From positions 682,001 to 746,000 of the forward strand of contig MCFH01000024.1 of NCBI GenBank assembly GCA_002104945.1: a stretch of DNA of 64,000 nt, written 5' to 3'. This DNA comes from Piromyces finnis finn. Its lineage: Eukaryota; Fungi; Neocallimastigomycota. The translations under genes were made by a program, and so were the position numbers. Numbering within the stretch: position 1 is the stretch's first letter; every line of letters starts with the position of its first letter. This document shows, one piece after another, positions 54,518-64,000 of the stretch. The notes beneath the pieces were generated by a model. That model saw nothing but the letters and a program-made list of their open reading frames with translations. It searched no databases and was not told where the DNA came from.

Positions 54518-56585
54518 TTAAAAGTCAACATCCATTGAATCTGTACCAAAACTAAATATTTGATTTTCATTAATTTCATTATATAGATTTGTAGTTGTTG
54601 TAGTTACTGTTGGGATAGTATTATTATCATAATTTTCAGTGCGTGGAAAATCTTTTTTATAATCAAATAAATCTGTATAGGAAGTTTTATTTAATTCAAT
54701 TTTCATATTATTAGGTTTATAATTTTTTATAGTATTTTGTAATTCTGTGTTATTTCGAGATATTACATTCATTAATGCTGATGAAGTAATTGGGGAAGGT
54801 GATGTAGAAAAGGATGAAGATGATGAAATATTACCTCCATACAAATGAGAAATTTCTTGAAAATATGGTATATCAATTTCTTTACGATTAATTGAGGATA
54901 AAGTTAACAAATTATTATCAGTATTCATTAATAAAGGTGATGGAGATATTGGAGATATTGGAGATATAACACTTGTATTCATGCATGAATTTGAATTGTT
55001 GTTTTGATTTATGGGTATCGAATTTGACGAATTATAAGGATTATTTAATTTATCAGGGGATTTATTTAATGAAAGAAGTGGTAATTTATTTGTAATTATT
55101 GCAGAAGTTGGAGTGGATGAATTAGATACATTATTTATATCACTGAATGAATCTTGATTTGAAATATTATTATTTATCTTTATCATTAAATCATTTGAAG
55201 GAATATTATTTTTATATGATTTATCATCATTTATTCCTGATAATTCCTGTAATGTCTGTTTCCAGGAAACTGGCTTAAATAACACTACTTCACCTCTAAC
55301 TGGTTCATATTTATCCTGTTTTGAAATTGGGGAATAATCGGAATATTCAAATGTATTGCCATCATTATTTAATATAGGAGATCGATATGGACTAAAAATA
55401 GATTTCTTTTCATCAATTTCTTTAGCAAATGTTGAATAAGGTGGATCTGAAGAATTTATACCTAAATTCCAGTGGATATTTCTATTTCTAACTGAAGTAG
55501 GTAAATTAATAATTAATTTTGAATTCATTAATTTTTCAGTTGAATATATATCTTTAATTTTTATAGCAAAATTAAAAAAAAAAAAAAATAACGATAAATG
55601 AATAAATAAAGATTTTGATATTATTCAATTATAATTATAATTAATATTATTGGTATGGTTGTTATTATATTGAATTATTTATATTTTCATCATTATTAAG
55701 TTACTAACATATTAAAAATACTAAAAAAATAATTTTGAAAATTAAAACTAAAAAGTATTTACCATTTATTTCTTTAAGGTTACTTTCTTCTTCTTGTGTT
55801 AATTTACTTTTAGATTGTTTGATTTCAGATATTGGTGATGATGAAGGTATAATGTTATTAGTGTTGACTGATTCATTAAAGTTCAATGAAGATAATAATG
55901 ATAATGATGAAATGTCAGAAGGTGAATTATAATCTTCTTTAATGGAAGATAAATTACTATCAATTTTGCTTCTATTAATAGATGATATTGACGAAAGGGA
56001 GGAAAATGAACCATCATCAGATTTTAAGAGCGATGAAGGTAATATAGGTGTAGATGAACGAACTGGAAGGTTTACATGTCGTTTTGGATTCGGTGTTGAA
56101 ATTGCTATAGGTGTTGAAATAAATACGGGAGACGTTGACGATGAATCATCCTGTGACGAAATAGTGTCTATATTAGTATTAACTTTTATTGATTTGTGTG
56201 AAGGCATAAAAAAAGAATCATTATCATCATCAAATTCATATGAATTATTTAAATCTAATTCCTGAGAACCATTAAGATATGAAGAAAAAGTATTATTTTT
56301 TACTTCATTACTATTAACAATATTCTGTGAAGAAATGGTATTTTTATTGTTTTTATTTGTATAGGATATTTGTAAATTATCATTAGATCTTTTTAAATCT
56401 GAAGTACTTAAATTATAAAAAAGTCTCCTTCTTTTAAAATGTTTATCTCTTTTATTTTGTTGATTAGGGATATACTCTTCATCACTTAGTTTGCCATCCT
56501 CATTAAAAGTAAGTTCATTTTCTATTTCATCATCATCTAAATAATGAATTAAATTTCTTCGAGTTTTTGTAGTATTTTCCGTCAT
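54518..56585 (-). CDS. Hypothetical Ser/Asn/Pro-rich, probably disordered protein (two exons, about 600 aa)
   Basis: ORFs 55704-56585 and 54518-55528 join in frame through intron 55762-55552 (AAT G|gtaaat...ttaaag|AT ATA TAT). The sequence is low complexity with many SP/TP motifs. No domain was recognised. Confidence 0.7.
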
Positions 56586-58039
56586 ATATAAATAAATAAA
56601 GTATATACTGTACGTAAAGCTATTGATTATATCTCAATTATTATAAAATATTTAAAATTTATAAATTAAGAAATATTTGAATATTACTATCTATTAAAAA
56701 ATTAAAAAAAAATAAAAAATAAAAAAAATATATACTGTGAATAATCATTATTTTAATTTTTACTATTTAATTTATGGATTTTAAATTCATCTTCAAAAAA
56801 AAAAGTATTAAAAGGAATATTGAATACTACTTTCATTTTTTTAATTTAATTTTACTATTAACATTACATTACTATTTACTTTAATTAAACTTCGTTTGGA
56901 GTTTAAATGTTATTTATTATTCTAAACTATTAAAGCTTCCAATATGTATATTTTAACAAGCTCCATATTATACAAAATATTTATGTAATTAAGTTTTTTT
57001 TTTTTTTACTTTATTAAAAAAAAAATTCTAACATAAATTAATTTTTAAATTAATATAACAAAAGTTATTACCTTTTTAATAACACAAAGAAAAATAAATA
57101 AATTTATTAGATTGAAATTGATTCAAGTATATAAAAAATAAAGTAGGTATTGAAATTCATCTCATAAAATGTATAATGTATTTAATTGGAGGGAAAAGAA
57201 AAAATATATATATATTTTATAGCATTTTTCCTTAAATATAATTTATATTGTACTTATATTGTAATACAATATAGAATAATGAATTTGTTTATTGTTAAAA
57301 GTTTATTTTTTTTTTTTTTTTTTTTGTTTAACAGTTATAAATTAAAGGACAAAACCACAAAGTTAAATTAATTCTTCTCAATATTAAATTTTTTTTATTC
57401 TAATTTAAATTTTCCTTTATGTTGTTTACTTCGTTTTGCAGTTTATGTATTAATATTATTAAAGGAAAAGAGGAAAAGAAGAAGAAAAACAAAAAACTAA
57501 TTTATATAGTGTAATCTACAGCAATACTATATTACTTTATAAAAAGTTTTATTATATATAAAGTTTATAAAATTCATAAATTAAATAAAATTTGTTTTAT
57601 GATTTGAAATTTATTATTATAATTTAATTTTAATCATTAATCATATTTATATTAATTTATTATAATTAATCATATTGTTAAAATTTTTAGGTTTTAGTAT
57701 TTATTTATTATGGTAATTTATTATATTTCATTACTTTATTAACAATTTATACTAAAATTTATGGCTTATGCTAAATTACATGCATTATTATTACATTACA
57801 TTATGTTAAATATATTTTACTAATTAATAAAGTTTATGATTTTCTAACATTCACTTTATTTGAAATTTAATAATGTTTAGAAGCTTTGTTTTAAAATATT
57901 ATTAAAGTAAAATAAAATAATATGAAATATATATAATATATGTTTTTTTTTCTTTGTTTTTTTTGTTTTTTTTTGTTCTTTTTACGTTTTTCATTAAAGT
58001 CTAAATTTTCTAAATTTTATTCAAATTGTTAACAATTAA

Positions 58040-59068
58040 TATATTCCTGCTTCTGCAATTGGTGTAACAATTATAGATTGTTTCTTCAAAAACTGACATA
58101 GAGTAGAGTTCCCTATAAGTATTATATCGATTTCCTGTCTTTAGTGTCCCTCGCAAAATCTGCACCTGTATAGGCTGTGATAAAGCCTTTTACATCACAT
58201 TTCAGTTTTTAACTAATTGCGTTGAGTAAGTATTTTAAAATAAGCAGAACATAGTGCCAGTCGGAGACAGTGGGATTTTCACAAGATCGGACAGCAAAAG
58301 AAATATCAGGTCTCCCTTTTTATATGTTGCGGCGTTAAATTCTTTTATTATACATTTGTGGCTTTCTTAATAAGATAGTATGGTGTTGTGTAACGTATAA
58401 AGGCTAATATATAATTTTTTAATCACTTTTTCATGATGAAGTAATTATCACTAATTTTCTTGGTATCATTAAACTTTACTATGGTAGACTTTTCAACAGG
58501 AGAATTATTTTTATTTTCAGGACTTTCAGTAATAGTAAATCTATTATTTTCAACAAAATTTGAAATACTAGAACTAGGAATTTCAGAATTTTGGTAATTA
58601 TTATTTTTATTTTTAATATTTGTTATTTTGTTATGTTTCTTTTTATAATTGTAATTGTTAATTGCAATTTCTTTTAAAGTGTCTTCGGTGAAATTGTCCT
58701 TTTTCAATTTTGAGTTTAATTTGTTATTTTCGTTTTTAATATTTTTGGTATCGTTATGAATATTTTTAAAAATGTTTTTTAAATTGCTTTTTGAATTACT
58801 TTTTAAATTATTGTTAACTTCAATTGAATTATTGTTTTTTCATTTTTGTATTAAAATTTTCTTCTTTTTGAGAATTCAAATTTGTCTTTTTATTAGTCTT
58901 TTCTACTAATTCCTTGTCGTTATATAAAAAGTCCTCTTTATCCATGTCTCTTTCAATTACTTCTTCCTTTTCTTCTTGAAGTGGCCGCCTTGATTAAAAG
59001 ACTATAAGTATCAAAGTTGGACTTGCCATGAAGACGTTGGTCATTGGCTAAAATGATTTGGTTGACAT
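58040..59068 (-). mobile_element. Degenerate, internally deleted Ty1/copia LTR-retrotransposon fragment (gag start, low-complexity pol linker, RT end + RNase H)
   Basis: Minus strand 58313-58040 reads RPDISFAVRSCENPTVSDWHYVLLILKYL...ITAYTGADFARDTKDRKS...IILIGNSTLC...KKQSIIVTPIAEA, the copia RT-end/RNase H pattern (RPDIxFAV; AYxDADFAGDxxDRKS; KKQxxVAxSTAEAEY), with stops and frameshifts. Near 59068, RLHGKSNFDTYSLLIKAA resembles a copia gag start. This segment is locally less AT-rich. No LTRs or PBS were recognised. Confidence 0.82.
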
Positions 59069-59919
59069 ATTATATTATTTAACACAAAAATTTTTGTTTT
59101 TAATTTTTTTCTTAAGAAATTTTAATATTAATTAAAGTTTGAGACTTAATCTGTGAAATAACAAAAAGAAAAAATTACATTCTAAATATTACAATGTAAC
59201 TTTTTCTATTACAGTTGTATGATGAAGTATAAATTCATGTGACGATAAAAATAAAATGAAATAAAAAAAAAACTATCTTTAAATCTTTAAAACATATTAC
59301 GTTTACAACACTTTTAATACATATTTGTGTTTATATTAATTAGCTACATATGTTCATAAATATATGATATATATAAATAAATAATCAAATAAATAATTAA
59401 ACCATTTTTTCATAGATATATATATATACAATAAAATAAGTGATAGGAATTTTAGTAACAGTTTAGTAATATTATAAATAGAATTTAATAGTAGTAATAA
59501 AAGTAATACTTCTTTATAATAAATTATAATCTATCAAATTTATTATTAAAATAATGAAACTATCGATAATTCATAGTTTATATGAATTTAATACTCATTT
59601 TCATTATTATAAATTACATGATATAAAAACATTAATTATATTATTTATTTAAAAAGAAATTCATCTTTTTAATAATGTAAATTATATTGTTTTTTTCCGA
59701 AGTGATAGTATAAATTGTGTAAAAGAAAAAACGAAATTTAAATATATACCTTTTTCTATTATTATATATATTTTTATATTAAAACAATTAATAGAATTAT
59801 ACAGTATCTTTTGTAAATCATACGCCTTTTTTTTTTAAAATAAATAACACGTACTTCATATATTTCCATATATTTCAAATACTTTTTCATTGCTTCTTTT
59901 CTTTATAATTTATTATTAA

Positions 59920-59956
<37 letters not shown>

Positions 59957-60278
59957 ATATTTAAATTATTATTAGTCGAGAACTTATTTCTATTATTTCT
60001 ATTATAAATTTTTAAATAAATTATTTTGTATGCTTATATTGTGGAATTTAAATTAGAAATAGAAGAATTGAAATTATCGTTGCACATAAGAAACTGTTGA
60101 ATATTTAAATTTTCCTTTTTTTTTTTAATTTTATTTTATGACTTAAATCATATGACTATACATAAATTTATTATAAACAAAAAATCAATTATAATTAATA
60201 TAAATATAAATATAACAGTGAAAATTTTCTTTAAAAAAAAAAAAAAAAAAAAGAATTAAAAATAATATTAAAAATAAA

Positions 60279-61784
60279 ATGGTTAAAACATTACCACCAT
60301 TAAATCCAATAGTAATTATAAGTTTTTATTTTATTCTTGTACTAGTTGGTTCAATTCTCCGTAAGTATTATTTCGAAGAAATCTCAGAAAATACATATGG
60401 TACCTATACAAAGAAGAAAAGTGTAATAAATCAATATTTTGCCAAATTAGGTTGGGTAAGTTTATAACCCATTTAGTAACTATGAAATGTTTTTTTTTAT
60501 TTATATTTATACATTTATATATACATATATAAATGTGAGGAAAATTAAATAGAATCTTGATAGAAATCACTTAATTTTTAAATATATTTTAATAATAAAT
60601 AAACTTGAAACCCATATAATTAAACATTAGAAAATATCAATAAAAAAAAAATAATAAAAAGTTACAAAGAAAATACAAATCAACAAGAAAATAAATATTA
60701 TTAATAAAAGTTGTCATTAACAATATATAATTTATACAATTTAAATTATTTATAATAAAAATTTCTATATAATAAAAAACAGTGTTTTATATTAATACAG
60801 TAATAGTAACTAATGTTGGATTATTATAATATAATAATTTTTACTTTAATATATAATTCCAATTTGATTTACTCTTATTATTACTCTTTTATAGTTATGT
60901 TTAATGCATTTTATAATTATAAATATTAATTCCATTTATTTTATATACTTTTAATACTTCTACATAATACATTAATAAATTATTTTTTAACAATACCAAT
61001 ATAATAATACTTCTACATAATACATTAATAAATTATTTTTTAACAATACCAATATAATAAAACACTTTTTATTTAACCATTCTATTTTATTTAATCATAA
61101 TCAATACTCTTAATTTAATAAATTTAAAATGAATAATTTTTCAATAATTAATGCTGTAATATTGGATAATAATAGGCATGGACCACCCTTGTTATTTTCA
61201 TATTTTATCTTTTTTCAGGAAAGACCAAGAAAAGTAAAATATATTCTTTAATACGTTATATTATTGCTTCCTTATATTGGTTTATTCTTTGTAAATGGGC
61301 TTTTGGTCCAGGTATTTTCAATCGTATTCAACTTCAATATGGTAAATGTGAAGTTTCAAATAAAAATGGTGAAGAGAATACCTTTGTTTCTGCTACATCA
61401 ATCAGTTGTCATAGAGTTCATAAGGGACATTGGATTGGTTTTGATGTGTCTGGACATGTATTTCTTCTTGTCCATTCTTCCCTTTTCCTTTTAGAAGAAA
61501 TCTGGCCAATTCTTAGAAAGCAAGCTAGTTACCTTTTAGATAAAAACACTTTACCTGAAAAGAAACAAAGAGCAAGAAAAACTTGTTGTGCTTGTATTCT
61601 CTGTTTAATCATTGTTTTCCTCTGGTTTTACACTCTCTGTATTACTACTACTCATTACCATCATTTCCGTGAAAAAATATTTGGCTTTTTATTCCCAGCA
61701 TTATATTGGTTCATTGGTTACCAATTCTTTTTCCCAAGATATCTTCCAGTTGAAACTAAAGAAATAGTAAAAAAGGCAGAATAA
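60279..61784 (+). CDS. SCS3: FIT-family protein (Scs3/FITM2; ER acyl-CoA diphosphatase, lipid-droplet biogenesis), two exons
   Basis: [14 protein letters not shown]|AWTT (intron 60456-61175), C...[24 protein letters not shown] and [14 protein letters not shown]. These are FIT signature motifs with both catalytic-type histidine sites and several hydrophobic segments. Confidence 0.92.
60952..61060 (+). repeat. 53-bp near-perfect direct duplication inside the FIT intron
   Basis: taatacttctacataatacattaataaattattttttaacaataccaatataa occurs twice with period 53. Confidence 0.9.
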
Positions 61785-64000
61785 GTTAAAATTAAAAGAA
61801 ATATGAAATAAAAAAAAAGTAGATAATTTTATAACAGATGAAAATTAGCATAAATAATAATATATATAAAACAAATTCATATTTATTAATAATAAAAATA
61901 ACAAAATAACATCAATAATAATAATACTATTGGAAAATATTCCAAATAGAATTTAGTTTTAACCAAGATTTTTTTTTTTTTAGTATTAAATTATAGTTAT
62001 AAAAAATATAATATATATAAAGATAATTTATATCATTATATATACGTACACAACACAGTACGTCCTACTTTATTATAAATATTTAAATCCCTTTTTCAAA
62101 TTTTAGGAATGCTTAAAACATAATAATAATAAAAAAAAATATTATATAAAATAATACATTTATAGCATTTAAATAATTATAGAAATCTTTGTTTTTTTTT
62201 ATATACAGAAAATTAAAAATTTAAAGAAAACAATAATCTGTATGTACAAAAAAATACATACATAATAATACATTTATATTACAATTTAAAAATTTGATTT
62301 AATCAAATATACAATTTTATAATATTTTAAATTTAAAACTAATCTTACTATAAAAGGAAAGAGTTTAAATTAGTTTTCTGTATTTTTTTTTTATAAAGAA
62401 GCATAAATCTTATGTATTACCATTTTATACTATTTTATTATGAAAAAAAGAAAAGAAATTAATAATAATATCAACAATAAGTATAATAACTATAGTAATA
62501 CATTTATATAACAAATTAGATAAAGTATAATGTCAATTTTATATTCTGAATACAAAAAAAAGTATAAACATTTTATTTAATATATTATTTATTATAGAAT
62601 ATTGATTTGAGAAAAATTAATATCAGTTTTTTAAGTATTTCCAAAAAATTTTTAAAAGTAATATGAATGATTGAAATAACTAAATACTATTGACCATATT
62701 CAATTATAAATATTAATATCAATAGAAAGAGAAAAGTTAAACCTATACATGTATTTGGTAAAGAATCAAATACTATCATCAAAATTTTAAAGGTAATAAA
62801 TAATAAGGCTACTTTTAATAATACCTTTTTTAGCTATGGATATTCCATTTTAATATCGTAAAAGGATTAGTACTTAATTATATATATTATAATAAATTCT
62901 ATTATGTAAAACCTAATTTAATTTTTATTTATGGCTTATGAATTATCATCTATTTTATAATAATAATAAATAAAGTAACAACTTTAATTGACTTTAAAAG
63001 CACTCAAACATTATTATTACTAATATAGTAATAATATATTATATAATTAAAAGTTTTATTAGAGTAATATATTTTTTGATTTAAATATAAGTAATATACA
63101 AAAAATAAATTAAATTTTTTATATAGAATAAAGATAGAAACTTTATTATATATAAAATTAATTATTATTTATTATAATTTAATAGATAATTAATTCAAAA
63201 CAATTTAATATAGAATGGTGGTATATGTAACATTCTTTTAAAAAATCCACCTTTTTAATAAATTTAATGTAGTGTCACATAGTAGTGTTAATTCATTAAA
63301 ATATAATAAAATTTTATAATATGTCTATTATTCTATTTTAATTGTATTTAATGTACTTATATATATTACATTAATGTATTCAATGATATATAAAAATAAG
63401 AATATTCTTTATAGAAAAAATTAGATTAAATAAAAGTTCTATTAGTTATTGATTTATAGGAGATTGTTATCACAAAAAGAAAAATGTTAAAAATGTTAGT
63501 AGAAAATGTAATATTTTATGCGTAGAATATTTATGGACAATTTAAACAAATCATGGTATTATCAATAGGTAGAGAAAATATGCTTTTTTTAAATTATTTC
63601 ATTTCATATTCGAAAAAAAAATAGAAATACTTTCTTAATCCTTGACTATTTTATTACTATTTGGAAAAAGTTAAAATGAATTATAGTATATTAAATATGT
63701 TTTATATATTTATTTTTGCTTTATTAAATAAACATCTATTATTACATATATTCTATTATATATATCATTTTTTATGAAAATAACTATAGTAACATTTGTT
63801 TGTATGGTGTTCTATTAAATCTATATTTATTATGATAAAATATAATCTAAATTTATATACATTGTTAATGACAGGCATTTGTTTTATTATATCCACATTT
63901 ATTATCTTAACAACTGCAACAACACATTATCGTATATATAAATAAACCTCAATATTCAAATTTTTTTTTAAAATGAGAAAATATTACTTAATATATTATT

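Noticed and set aside
57186-57371. 61-aa ORF
   Set aside because: It starts with TTG, is poly-T-derived and Phe-rich, and is typical AT-rich noise.
59150-59310. Possible 5' LTR of the copia relic (TGTTG start at 59310 on the minus strand, imperfect hairpin near 59170)
   Set aside because: No matching 3' LTR, PBS or target-site duplication could be found by eye.
1-64000. CRISPR array, tRNA, rRNA or prokaryotic operon-type system
   Set aside because: None was seen. The window is spliced eukaryotic DNA, and its repeats are microsatellites or coding repeats without spacer structure.

Overview
Extremely AT-rich, intron-dense eukaryotic DNA. The composition, poly-A/T tracts, short GT-AG introns and DAAM-like formins point to an early-diverging fungus, most likely an anaerobic gut fungus (Neocallimastigomycota); this taxonomy is inferred, not shown. 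About 11 spliced protein genes: a Sip3/Lam1-type BAR-PH-GRAM-VASt lipid-transfer protein (plus a decayed tandem copy of its 3' end), a USP12/46-type deubiquitinase, LSM12 (two apparent frameshifts), YAF9, XPF/Rad1, a small possible CENP-Q, a Ras-like-domain + RasGEF fusion, two tandem DAAM-like formins, a disordered Ser/Pro-rich protein and a FIT/Scs3 protein. There is also a Ty1/copia relic. The most striking feature is the first formin: between its FH3/coiled coil and FH1 it carries one intron-free exon of about 3.5 kb (about 1,170 aa) built from roughly 20-25 degenerate 35-41 aa helix + beta-hairpin (winged-helix-like) repeats. The adjacent paralog lacks this exon. Exon boundaries were read by hand and are approximate. 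No tRNA, rRNA or CRISPR array was recognised.
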